Below, in pieces: positions 1-10,508 of a stretch of 64,000 nucleotides of DNA. The stretch's first letter is position 1, and each line of letters starts with the position of its first letter. Both the position numbers and the translations under genes were made by a program. Origin of the DNA: an uncultured virus (IMG/VR IMGVR_UViG_2061766007_001878) (taxonomy: Duplodnaviria; Heunggongvirae; Uroviricota; Caudoviricetes); IMG/VR virus record IMGVR_UViG_2061766007_001878. The stretch is one strand, 5' to 3'. Under the pieces are notes generated by a model. It was not told where the DNA came from. It ran no database searches and saw nothing but the letters and a program-made list of their open reading frames with translations.

Positions 1-53
1 GAGTCAGACGATGTTCAAATGCGTTCCTGTAAAGAATAAAAAGAAACGGTGAT

Positions 54-2260
54 ATGGAAGAAAACGAAGAGCAATTGAGCAATCTTGAACAACAGTGGAA
101 GGACTACTATCTTGAGTATGCTTCCTATGTTGTCAAGGACAGGGCAATCCCCGATGTGGACGATGGCATGAAGCCAGTCCAGCGTCGTATCATGCATTGC
201 ATGCACGAGGTGGACGACGGTCGGTTCAATAAGGTCGCTGGTGTGGTCGGCGACACGATGCACTATCATCCCCACGGCGATGCATCCATCGCTGGAGCGT
301 TGACCGTTCTCGCGAACAAAGGATACTTCATTGAACGTCAGGGCAATTTCGGGAACATTCTCACGGGCGACCCCGCTGCTGCGCCTCGTTACATTGAGTG
401 TCGTTTAACTCAGCTCGCCAAGGAGACGCTTTACAATGATGCGCTGACGGAATTCGTCGAGAGCTACGATGGTCGTAACAAGGAACCAGTCGTGTTGCCG
501 TGCAAAGTTCCCGCGTTGCTGATGATGGGGACTGAAGGCATCGCGGTCGGCATGACGACGCTTGTGTTCTCTCATAACTTCAACGAGCTTTTGGATGCTG
601 AAATCGCGATTCTCCAGAACAAGGCGTTCAAGCTGTATCCTGATTTTCAGCAAGGCGGTATTATGGATGTCAAGGATTATGCCGATGGAAACGGGACAAT
701 CAAGCTCAGGGCGAAGATAGAGCGTGACGGCGACCGAAAGGTGGTCATTAGGGAAATCCCTGCCTGTACGACAACGGAAGCTCTTATCGAATCCATTGAA
801 AAGGCATCGAAGAACGGGAAAATAAAAATCCAGTCCATCAGTGATTTTACCGCGCATGAAGCGAACATCGAAATCGTCCCGCAACGTGGCGTGAACCCAG
901 ACGACCTGATTCGCGAGCTTTATGCTTATACGGATTGTGAAATGTCGTCCAAAGGCACTCTTCGCGTCATTTGCGACGGTGTTCCTCGTGTCATGACGGT
1001 GAGTGATGTCCTCCGCAGGAACACAATGAAACTCGTGGAAATTACGAAGAAGGAACTTGAGCTTCAACTAGCCAAGCTCGAAGATGAATTCCACTACAAG
1101 TCATTGGTCAAGATTTTCATCGAAAACAAGGTCTATAAGGTATTAGAGACGTGCGAGAGCCAGCAGGAGATTTCCGACAAGGTGTTCGAAGGGTGCAACA
1201 AGTACCGCTCGTTGCTTCGTCGTGACATCGTGCGCTCCGATATCGACCGTCTTGTTCAGTTGCCAATCCGAAACATTTCCCACTTTGATTCACAAAAGAA
1301 CGAAGATGAGCTGGCGAAGATACTGAAGGACATAGACGATGTGAACGACAAGCTGAAGAACATCGTCGATGTCGTCATCGCCTACATCCGAAAGCTCAAG
1401 TCGAAATACGGGGACGAGCATAAGCGCAGGACGAAAATCGAAGCGTTCGAGTCTATTGACGTGAAGGAAATCGCCCGTCAGGATGTCAAGGTCTATTACG
1501 ACGCGGANNNNNNNNNNAAGGTGTTCGAAGGGTGCAATAAGTACCGCTCGTTGCTTCGTCGTGACATCGTGCGCTCCGACATCGACCGCCTTGTTCAATT
1601 GCCGATACGAAACATCTCCCATTTCGACTCGAAGAAGAACGAGGACGAGCTGGCGAAGATTCTNNNNNNNNNNNNNNNNNNNNNNNNNNNNNNNNNNNNN
1701 NNNNNNNNNNNNNNNNNNNNNNNNNCAAGCGCAGGACGAAGATAGAGGCGTTCGAGTCCATCGACGTGAAGGAAATCGCCCGTCAGGATGTCAAGGTCTA
1801 TTACGACGCGGAGCAGAAATTGCTTGGAACAGCCGTCAAGTCCGACAAGTTCGTGACCTGCACGGAATTCGACCGAATCGTGATTATCAAGCCAGACGGA
1901 ATCGCCCGTGTCGTGCCGTTGCCAGACAAGGATTACGTCGGCGACATCATGGGCTTCTACGTCGTCGGGAAGGACAGGTACCACTCGATGCTGTACGCCG
2001 ACAAGACGCGGACATTGTATGCCAAGGTGTTCACAATCGGTCAGTACACGATGAACAAGGATTATCGGATAATCCCAGAAGGGAATACGGTCGTGTATCT
2101 CAAGGACGGGGCAGGAGGGAAAGTCCATGTCTCCCTTGAAAAATCCTCAAGGAGGAAGACGACCGAGCTTGACGTGGACTTTTCGAACAAGTCGTTCATA
2201 CGGTCGAGGGAGTCGCGTGGAGTGAGGGTGTCAGCCTATCCATACGAGAGCATCTCATAA
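54..2260 (+). CDS. parC: Type IIA topoisomerase subunit A (ParC/GyrA family); one gene broken by N-gaps and an assembly duplication
   Basis: Motifs DRAIPDVDDGMKPVQRR, YHPHGDASI and the active-site AAAPRYIE. 1518-1810 largely repeats 1179-1507, so joining about 1507 to about 1811 links ORF 54..1745 to 1766..2260 (about 630 aa). Confidence 0.92.
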
Positions 2261-2276
2261 GTTTTCGCTTATAATG

Positions 2277-2318
2277 AGCCACACTGTTAGTATAATCTTT
2301 CAGTGTGGCTTAATTTTT
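2277..2318 (+). terminator. Hairpin with T-rich tail whose loop contains GTATAAT
   Basis: AGCCACACTG (2277-2286) pairs with CAGTGTGGCT (2301-2310), followed by TAATTTTT. Confidence 0.65.
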
Positions 2319-2362
2319 AAGTCCCGCTGTTCGTTATATGGGCAATTAAACAAAGGAAGACT

Positions 2363-3667
2363 ATGAAGAAAATCTACGTACTTGATACAAGCGTCGTTCT
2401 TCACAATTGGAATGTCCTCACGGAGGAGAGAACGATGGTCATGCCACAGCATGTCCTTGACGACATTGAAAAGTTCAAGGACGAGCCAGGCGACTTGGGA
2501 GACAATGCCAGAAACGCATCATGGTGGCTTTCGCAGAAATTGAATGAATGCGAAGGCACGGTCATTGGATTCGGGAATACTGAAATCATGCTTTGGGAAG
2601 ACAATGATGAGAAGACCCATGACCAAAAGGTGTTACGTGTGGCGCAGGATGTCCAGAAAGACCAGAAGTTCTTCAACGACGACATTGTGATTCTCACCAA
2701 ATCCGTGGCATTGAGGGCGAAGGCTAGGAACTTCCACATCAATGCCGAGGATTATGATGATGTCGGGCTGGTGAAGGAAATCGATGGATGGAAATATGAG
2801 GAAATAACTGCTGACGAGATGCAGACGATTCCGTTTGACAAGAAGATTCAATCTTTCCATCTTGACGGACGCGAAGGGCTTGCTTTGAACGAGTACATCC
2901 AGTGCACATGCCAAGGCGAGGTCTGCAATGGCATGATTTACCGTCACATGGGCAATGGTGATTTCGCCAAGGTCGATTTGAAGCCACACATGGCGTGCAT
3001 AGTTCCGAAGAATCCAGAGCAGATTATGCTGGCGGATGCTTTGATGAACGAAGACATTCCTTTGGTCACGGCGATTGGCGCAGCAGGCTCAGGAAAGACG
3101 CTCTTGGCTATCGCCTCGGCCATCCAGCAAGTGATGCTGAAGCCAAAGAGATACAACAAGGTGATTATCACACGTCCTATCATGCCGATTGGACGAGATA
3201 TTGGTTATCTTCCAGGCGATGTGAATGACAAGATGGCTGAGTGGATTCGTCCGTTCATGAACAATATCGAAGTCATCAAGAATGTGAACGAGAAGAAGGG
3301 AAGGACGAAATCTGCCGAGGAAAACATCGCTGTGTTTCTCGACCCGTCGAGTTGTGAGGAAATCGAAGTGCTTCCATTGACGTATATTCGTGGTTCGTCC
3401 ATCTCCAATACGTTTATCATCGTGGATGAGGCGCAGAATGCGACTCCGAGCGAAATGAAGACCATCATCACACGTGTCGGCGAGGGAAGTAAGCTCGTGT
3501 TGTTGGGTGACATCGACCAGATTGATAACCGCTACCTGTCCCGCGAGTGCAACGGTATCACGATGGCAATCAAGAAATTCTGGGGACATGACCTCTACAG
3601 CCATGTGACATTGAAGACGGTGGAAAGGAGCAAACTCGCTGAACTTGCGACGAAAGTCCTGTTCTGA
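2363..3667 (+). CDS. phoH: PIN-PhoH (PhoH2-type) protein
   Basis: N-terminal PIN motif VLDTSV; Walker A GAAGSGKT; IGYLPGD, YIRGSS, DEAQN and GDIDQID PhoH motifs; AAGGA RBS. Confidence 0.93.
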   Translation: MKKIYVLDTSVVLHNWNVLTEERTMVMPQHVLDDIEKFKDEPGDLGDNARNASWWLSQKLNECEGTVIGFGNTEIMLWEDNDEKTHDQKVLRVAQDVQKDQKFFNDDIVILTKSVALRAKARNFHINAEDYDDVGLVKEIDGWKYEEITADEMQTIPFDKKIQSFHLDGREGLALNEYIQCTCQGEVCNGMIYRHMGNGDFAKVDLKPHMACIVPKNPEQIMLADALMNEDIPLVTAIGAAGSGKTLLAIASAIQQVMLKPKRYNKVIITRPIMPIGRDIGYLPGDVNDKMAEWIRPFMNNIEVIKNVNEKKGRTKSAEENIAVFLDPSSCEEIEVLPLTYIRGSSISNTFIIVDEAQNATPSEMKTIITRVGEGSKLVLLGDIDQIDNRYLSRECNGITMAIKKFWGHDLYSHVTLKTVERSKLAELATKVLF

Positions 3668-3682
3668 TATTTGTGAATCATG

Positions 3683-3716
3683 CAAAAGCCACGAGTCAAT
3701 CAACTCGTGGCTTTTT
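3683..3716 (+). terminator. Intrinsic terminator after phoH
   Basis: AAAAGCCACGAGT-loop-ACTCGTGGCTTTT inverted repeat with T-tract. Confidence 0.85.
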
Positions 3717-3717
3717 C

Positions 3718-3736
3718 TTTATATCCATTGTATAAT
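3718..3736 (+). promoter_or_regulatory. Putative late promoter motif YTTAT-N7-GTATAAT
   Basis: TTTAT-ATCCATT-GTATAAT, 38 nt upstream of ORF 3774; one of nine similar copies. Confidence 0.6.
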
Positions 3737-3773
3737 TTATTAGATAATTGTTTTTTAAACATGGAAATGTGAA

Positions 3774-6700
3774 ATGAAAATAATACTTGCATACAATCCA
3801 TTTGGCGACATCAAGGCAAAGGCTTTGAACAGGTTCTTGAAAAGAAGCGATATTACTTCTACAAATATGGCGAGTCTCGCCAGTGGTACGAAGGATGAGA
3901 AGACCGCTTTTGAAAAAGCCACGAAGTTCTTCGAGAAGAACAATTTCCGTAGGCATTTCGAGGAGCTTGTACCAAATGATTGTCCGTTTGTCAAGTATGA
4001 TTTCATCTATTCTGGTGCATTGCTCGACCTTGCAAAAAATGACAATTCATTTGATGAATTTTTTGGAAACAGTTTTTCATTGGGAAAAGTGGATGAAAAC
4101 GGGAATTACTCCGATTTCAAAACTGATTGCAGGGCGACGCATCTGGCTGGTTGGCTGAATGACGCATTCGGTATTTTGAGGAAAAAGGCGTTTAGAAATG
4201 CCATAGACCGTGACGAGCAACTGAAGAAGGAGCTTAATGGTATTATTGAGAAATTCAAGAATGGTGCCATTGGGATAAGCAAGTTTTATGAAAATGTCAG
4301 CAAGATTGCCGACAAGATGGGGGATGCTGGGTCGTCCAAGGAATTGTCTGTGTCTGAGGCATGGGAAGAGCTGAGAAAGAATAAAGTAATGCATCGGGGA
4401 GAATATGATTGCTATTGTGTCAAGAGTTGGTATGTCTTGAATCCAGTTGCCAATTCAACATCTTGGTGTGTAGCGCACAATGGTAATTCTGGACGGAATT
4501 ACTTTGACGGGGAAAACGGATATATTTATCCGAATTATGACGAGGCAGGAAATCCGACCAAGTATATCAATGACAAGAAGAATGCATATTATATGATTTG
4601 CAAGGGTACAAAACCAGTTGCATTATTCAATGTTTCCGTCAGACAGAGAATGTATCAATTCAAAGGCGTGGATGATAATGCTTTTGTGTTTGACAGACCT
4701 TCTGCGAAGGATGTCATTGAAATTGGTGATGAACTGAGAAAAATGCTTGGCGTGGAAAATGTCTATGAAGACGATTTTACATATGCGTTTGAGAATTTCG
4801 ATGCAGAAACACCAGATGCTGTCATAGATATGAATTGGGAGGAAGTTGATACATGGAAGAACGATGATGAAGCTGTCGATTACTTTATCAAAGGACTTGA
4901 AAAGTTTAATGACAACATGATTGAAGTGCTTAGGCTTCATCCTTGGATTCTTGAAGACCAAAGAATACACAATGCTGTCAGTAAAATTAATTTCATTGAT
5001 AAAATTGATGATACTTATTTTTTAGGAAACATTGGCGGATATTTTATNNNNNNNNNNNNNNNNNNNNNNNNTTCTGTCATCTTATCGAATCGCGTTCATA
5101 TAATCAATATCAAGTGTTTGAATTGTTTAAAAATAGACCAGAGATTCTTGAATATCAAGATGTTAGAAAGGCTCTCATAAAGGGATTGGAACATTATAAG
5201 GAAAATTGGCATGTTTTGCTTGAAAAATGTCCGTTTGCTTTCAAGTACGATGACATAAGCAATGCATTTTACAACATGGATTTGCTCGGTCAGAATAATC
5301 TGGACAGTTTGTTTAAGAATGACATGCTTATGCAAAATCCTAAAACTCAGAAACTTATTGTTCATCTTTTGAAAAAGTTCCCTGACAGTTACAACTTCAA
5401 GGATGCTTTGACAAATCCAGCTCTTCAAGGAAATGAAGAAATCTTGTCGCAGATTAAAAACAATCTTGAAAAAGGAATGTGCATTGATATTGTGGAATCT
5501 GTCCCAGAGCTTCTTAATCACGAAGAAATCGTGACTGCCTTTGCCCATTGCATTGAACTGGCTTATTCTGAAGCATTTCATGCGATTGGAAATCATCCAG
5601 AAATAATTGATAACAAAGTCTTGCGCGATGCATTAAGCAAATGTATTAGAGAATATGGTTCTTTGAAACAAGGTCAGAGTATCAGAGTGCTTATTTTTTT
5701 ACGAAACAATAAAGACTTGATTAAATATAAAGAAATACATGATGCATTAGGTGATTGCATAAGACAAGGATATATGATTGACTTCATTGAATTCTATCCT
5801 GATTTCTTAAATGATAAAGAAATACATGACAAATTCGTGGACGAGGTGGACAAAGGACCCGCTCTTGATGTTGTTAAATGGAATCCTTCTTTGCTCAATG
5901 ACAAAGACATATGCTCCAAGATGACCAAGTGGGTGGCTTTTGGCTACGAACAATCTCTTCAAGCATTGTATGAAAATCCTTCCGTCATAGAAAGCGACGA
6001 CATGCATGAGGCAGTAATTGAAGGAATTAAAAAAGACGGAAACATGTGTGCCCTTATAACAAAGGTTCCGTCTCTTCTTGAAAACGAGGATGTGTATAAG
6101 CAATTTATTGAAACCATGCATTATGAAAGAAATCTGAATGTCATAAAGAAAAACATTTCTCTTCTTGAAAATACGGATATACGTAACAGATTTATTACAT
6201 TGCTTGAAAACACTATTCTTAAAACTGATTTTGAGCATACACCCAATATTGATAGAATATGGAAGATTGTTGAAGACAATCTGTTTTTGCTGAAATACAG
6301 TGGTGTAAAATTGATTTTTATTGATGGATTGAAAGAAAATGAAGACTGTGTATTTTCGATTCTTTACAAAAATACGTCTTTGCTCAATGACAGTTCTGTT
6401 ATGGATGCATTGATTGAACTGGCGCATCGTGGAGTGTTTGATAATCTGATGCGGTTGACGGATTTATTCAAAAATCAAACAGTAAGGAAGGAATTGATTA
6501 ATGAAATAAGAAGAGGAAGACATGCTCTGTCCATTAATCCTGATGCCATTAAAGATTATGATGATGTTGCAACGGCAATTGTCGAAGTTCAATTTGAGGA
6601 TAATCATAATTATTCTGTCGCATGCAATCCTACAAGTCTGAGTAACAAGACTATTCTGGATGGGTTTTTGAATTGCTTTGAAAAAGATACGAAGTCATGC

Positions 6701-7264
6701 ATGTCTTGGATAAAGAATCATATAGGATTGTTGGATAATCCAAAAATTCTTGACGCATTTTTAAAAGCAGACCAAAACAATGAAAGTGAAGATACGTTTT
6801 ATGAAGTATGTAATAAATCATCTAATATCAAGGTCATTGAAGCGTGTCTGGCATATGCTCTTAAACATTATGACAATGAATGGATGTCATGGGGCGTGCT
6901 GAAGAATTTCAATGAAAAGCTCGATGAAAAAGAGATGTATGAATTGTGCAAGAAAATTGCAAAACAAAGCTGGGATTGCACAGAGGAATTCTTTGCAAGA
7001 TTCCGAAAAATTGCCGATTCCACGGATTTCTGGGATTTTTTCATGACATTTGATTCAAATTCAATTTTCAAAATTTTACGAGAATACCATATGTATTTTC
7101 CGAATGATGTCTTGACAAAGCTATCCAAAATGGATGATGGGGATTTGAAATGGTTGGTAAATCGTATTTGGAAACAAAAACAAAATAAAAAGACGGCGAA
7201 GATTGCGAAGAAAATCATGCTCGCTGATGAGATTTCATGGAGAATCGCCGTTGATTTAACATGA
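3774..7264 (+). CDS. Large hypothetical protein with a WC-motif domain and helical repeats; probably one gene split at the 5048-5071 gap
   Basis: ORFs 3774..5180 and 5114..7264 both carry the same repeat (HPWILEDQRIH, RPEILEYQDVR, HPEIIDNKVLR, NPSLLNDKDIC); STSWCVAH motif; leader-like C-terminus KTAKIAKKIMLA. Confidence 0.6.
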
Positions 7265-7276
7265 AGATTGTTTTTA

Positions 7277-7296
7277 TTTATATTTTTTAGTATAAT
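7277..7296 (+). promoter_or_regulatory. Putative late promoter motif
   Basis: TTTAT-N8-GTATAAT upstream of ORF 7331. Confidence 0.55.
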
Positions 7297-7330
7297 AATT
7301 CGTTTTTAATCATATACAGGAGATTTGACA

Positions 7331-8134
7331 ATGAACAATAATATTAAAATCGCAAAGCAATTGATTGCCCTCGCCAAAGAACTTATCGCTGTTCCGACCG
7401 CTACGTTTAATGATTTTAATCAGTTTAACAATGATTACAAAAATACGCATGGCAAGAATGTTGACAGTTCGATTTGGGATTTGTTCGCGACACAAGCCCA
7501 AGTGGATGCATTCTTGAAGGCGAAGTCTCAGGCTCATCCAAATCTGTCTGAATTCATTGATAAGGGAACATTGGAGAAAATCCTGAAAAAGGGTTATTTC
7601 ACAATTTGTTCCGCTGGCATAAGCTCAGCCGAGTATTCCGCTCTTTTGAAGAAATATACAAATGATGACGGCGTGTTGGACGAACAGGGATTTGAAAAGG
7701 AGAAAAACAGTCTTGTCAAGTCAAGGCTTGATGAATTCTGCAAGTTCCTTGATTCGCTCGATGTCAAGTATTACGAAGTCCTTGGGCAGTTCTATGATGA
7801 GGGGTCGAAGACCGAGCTTGCGGAATTGAGCTATATCGTCGATTTGACTAACATCGGCGAGAACAGCGATGCCGAAGCCAAGCAGATTATGAAGAAGATT
7901 TCCAATTACTGCGGGAACAACATGAACCAGACTGCCGTTATTGAAGGAATCAAGGGATTGGGTGCATATGTGTTCTGCGGTGACAGAAGCCATCTTCCCA
8001 AACGTGGAGAAGGCGACATGGGATATGGTCGTTCGACAGTGAGACATGACCAGAGAAACAGAACGGACTGGTCTGATGACTATGGATTCGGAGACGAGCC
8101 TCCTGCCCAGCCGTCGAAAAAAGATTGGATTTGA
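7331..8134 (+). CDS. Leader-bearing protein; possible SAM-lyase/DUF3293-like fold
   Basis: AGGAG RBS; leader MNNNIKIAKQLIALAKELIA; spaced motifs FTICSA, VLGQF, ELSYIV and NQTAVI. CDS is solid; function is tentative. Confidence 0.5.
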   Translation: MNNNIKIAKQLIALAKELIAVPTATFNDFNQFNNDYKNTHGKNVDSSIWDLFATQAQVDAFLKAKSQAHPNLSEFIDKGTLEKILKKGYFTICSAGISSAEYSALLKKYTNDDGVLDEQGFEKEKNSLVKSRLDEFCKFLDSLDVKYYEVLGQFYDEGSKTELAELSYIVDLTNIGENSDAEAKQIMKKISNYCGNNMNQTAVIEGIKGLGAYVFCGDRSHLPKRGEGDMGYGRSTVRHDQRNRTDWSDDYGFGDEPPAQPSKKDWI

Positions 8135-8147
8135 TTTCAAATTCTAC

Positions 8148-8177
8148 TTGACAAAAAAGAAAAACGGTGCATATTAT
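8148..8177 (+). promoter_or_regulatory. Sigma70-like (early) promoter
   Basis: TTGACA at 8148 and a CATATTAT -10-like element at near-canonical spacing, upstream of ORF 8233. Confidence 0.7.
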
Positions 8178-8232
8178 ATGTAGGTCGATGAAAGTCTCAT
8201 CGATGAAACCGTTCAACAAAGGAGATTGACGT

Positions 8233-8487
8233 ATGGAAAAAGAAAAAGAAAAAATCTACGAAGCGGTGTTTGAAGCACTGGAAAAGAAGCGTGACATTGA
8301 AAAATGCCGAGGCTGTACTTTCTTCAAGGACGAGGGTGACGGAACATTCTTCTGCAAGAATGTCTCTCATTTCTTCGGAAAGCCTTGGTGCCGTGAGTGC
8401 AGGCATTCCTTGAAAGCCGAATGGTTTGAAAAGGCGACCATTGACTTGCAGTACAAAGAGCTTTGCCAGCAATACGAAAAGAAATAG
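8233..8487 (+). CDS. Small Cys-rich hypothetical protein
   Basis: AAGGAG RBS; CRGC...C...CREC. Confidence 0.75.
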   Translation: MEKEKEKIYEAVFEALEKKRDIEKCRGCTFFKDEGDGTFFCKNVSHFFGKPWCRECRHSLKAEWFEKATIDLQYKELCQQYEKK

Positions 8488-8512
8488 CTGATATTTAAAA
8501 AATCTGTTTTTC

Positions 8513-8551
8513 CTTATATCCGACAGTATAATATGTACTGTCGGATTTTTT
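8513..8551 (+). promoter_or_regulatory. Late-promoter motif overlapping a terminator hairpin
   Basis: CTTAT-N8-GTATAAT (8513-8532) overlapped by stem ATCCGACAGTA/TACTGTCGGAT plus T-tract. Confidence 0.65.
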
Positions 8552-8602
8552 GTATCTATGACATTTGAAAACAAATGTTTGAATTTTACAATGGAGAATA
8601 AC

Positions 8603-9079
8603 ATGAACAGGATTGACAGATTGAAATTCGCCGAAGAGCTTGCAAAGATAGCCGAGGAAATGATGGTCGCTGGTCGTCCTAGGATGACAAAGGATGAATT
8701 CGTCCAAAGGGCTATTGAAGTGCATGGAGAAGGCGCATACGATTATTCCAAGGTCGATATGGACAACAGGGATGACAAAGGGCGTGTGTATATTATTTGC
8801 AATAAATGCGGTCAGGGATTCTGGCAACGTCCAGATAAGCACCTTGACGGCAACGGTTGCATGAACTGCTATGTCGAGGAGACAAACGGAGCGGTTCCAG
8901 GTCAACCGCAGGAAGAGACGGTTCCTCCGACCGCGCAAGCTGTGCAACCTGCGAATCCAGCTCCAAAACCTGCTCCTCAGCCAGCACCGCAACCTGCACC
9001 TAAACCTGCTCCGCAGGCGGTTCCGAGTCCAGCACCGAAGCCTCCAGTAGCCAAGCCAGATGAAAGAAGACTGATATGA
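8603..9079 (+). CDS. Leader-bearing zinc-ribbon (DUF723-like) protein with a Pro-rich tail
   Basis: GGAG RBS; leader LKFAEELAKIAEEMMVA; HGEGAYDYSKV...IICNKCG.GFWQRP..HL.G.GC..C; PAPQ/PAPK repeats. Confidence 0.7.
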   Translation: MNRIDRLKFAEELAKIAEEMMVAGRPRMTKDEFVQRAIEVHGEGAYDYSKVDMDNRDDKGRVYIICNKCGQGFWQRPDKHLDGNGCMNCYVEETNGAVPGQPQEETVPPTAQAVQPANPAPKPAPQPAPQPAPKPAPQAVPSPAPKPPVAKPDERRLI

Positions 9080-9606
9080 TTGAGTACAGGCGACATCGGG
9101 GATATAATGTGGATTTCATGCTTGAATGCATTTTTGGAAAAAATGCCGACGAGTTGAAGCTCGCCTTTGCCGAAGACCCGAATACGAATCCGAGCCTTCT
9201 GTCGCTGATGTCGAATGACAGGAACCGTCATGTCAGGGAAATGGTCGCCTTCAATCCAAGCACTCCTTTGGATGTCCTCGACTCGCTTTCGATGGATGAA
9301 TGGGAAGTGGTGAGGCAGATGGTAGCCGAAAACAGAAACACGCCTGTTGTAATTCTTGAACGTTTGTCCGATGATTCCGAATGCTCCGTCAGGGAATCGG
9401 TCGCCATAAACCAGAACACTCCATCGCATGTGCTTGAAAAGCTCGCTGCTGACAGGTACACAATGGTGAAAATTTTCGTGGCGGACAATCCGAACACGTC
9501 GGACGAGGTGGTGAAGGCGATGACGAGAAGCAGTAATGAATACGTGAGAAGGAATGCGTGTACCAGATTGAGGGAAAGAGGAATAAAGTATGAGGAAGAT
9601 AAATAA
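9076..9606 (+). CDS. LRV/HEAT-like repeat protein
   Basis: About five 24-aa repeats of VRxxVAxNxNTPxxVLxxL. Confidence 0.8.
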   Translation: MIEYRRHRGYNVDFMLECIFGKNADELKLAFAEDPNTNPSLLSLMSNDRNRHVREMVAFNPSTPLDVLDSLSMDEWEVVRQMVAENRNTPVVILERLSDDSECSVRESVAINQNTPSHVLEKLAADRYTMVKIFVADNPNTSDEVVKAMTRSSNEYVRRNACTRLRERGIKYEEDK

Positions 9607-9895
9607 GCTGTCTGATGCGTTGAACGAGACGAAGGTTGAGTTTGTTAAACCACTGGGTACGATGCATGCTAAGAACATGGATATGCCCTGCTCGTTGTTG
9701 GAGAACTGCCTGACGGATGAGTTCATCATGTCACTCGAAATGGGCGATGATTGCATGATGGATGATTTCTACGAGGAGTTCGGCATGAAGAGCACATGGT
9801 TGAAAGACTTGAATGCGAAGAATCCTCGTGTGCAGAGCTGGCAGAAGTACAGAAACGGGTTGACGAAGAAAGATTTGAGCGGAATGATTGAATAG
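9590..9895 (+). CDS. Hypothetical protein
   Basis: GAGG RBS; overlaps the previous gene. Confidence 0.65.
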   Translation: MRKINKLSDALNETKVEFVKPLGTMHAKNMDMPCSLLENCLTDEFIMSLEMGDDCMMDDFYEEFGMKSTWLKDLNAKNPRVQSWQKYRNGLTKKDLSGMIE

Positions 9896-9904
9896 GATAT
9901 TGTC

Positions 9905-10438
9905 ATGGAAAAGAAAAACATCATTTTTGCAAAACGCCTTATCCATATGGCGCGAATGCTTCTTGCCGACAATGAGCATCATGGTCATTATTCCATTGAC
10001 AACGGTTCGGACAACAGTCTTGTCGTGTATTTCATTCTCGACGAGAATGCTGTTGAATCCAAGGCATTGGAGAATGCGAACGTCTGCCGTTATGAAATCA
10101 AGAAGAAATTGGAGAATCTCGATGGTTCGTTCGATGTGACCAGCATGGAGAACAATGACCACAAGAGCTTTTGTTTCAGCATTATCCCGAACGATGATGA
10201 AAAGAAAGCGTCTGTCTCTAATTCAAGGATGATGGTCGCCATAGGTGACGAGCCTGACGACGGAGGCGGTCTTGATTTAGGTGGTGGAGATGACAAGATG
10301 CCTGATTTGGGAGGCGGGGATGACAGCCCAGAAAAACCAGAAAAGTCAGAGCCTCCGAAGGACGATGAGACAACGAAGAAAATAAAGGAAATCGTGAAGG
10401 AAGTCTGCAAGAAGCATGGATGGGACGCGGAGTCTTGA
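9905..10438 (+). CDS. Leader-bearing hypothetical protein with a Gly/Asp low-complexity segment
   Basis: Leader MEKKNIIFAKRLIHMARMLLA; DLGGGDD occurs twice. Confidence 0.75.
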   Translation: MEKKNIIFAKRLIHMARMLLADNEHHGHYSIDNGSDNSLVVYFILDENAVESKALENANVCRYEIKKKLENLDGSFDVTSMENNDHKSFCFSIIPNDDEKKASVSNSRMMVAIGDEPDDGGGLDLGGGDDKMPDLGGGDDSPEKPEKSEPPKDDETTKKIKEIVKEVCKKHGWDAES

Positions 10439-10508
10439 TTAATGTTTTTATTTATATTTCACTGTAAAATAGAATAATGTTGAAAATAATTTTCTGGAGA
10501 ATAAAGAT

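Noticed and set aside
1508..1810. Internal duplication in parC suggesting a repeat or a diversity-generating retroelement template/variable pair
   Set aside because: The copy is bounded and interrupted by N-runs and differs mostly at synonymous third positions rather than specifically at adenines; no reverse transcriptase is present. Best explained as two strain alleles scaffolded in tandem.
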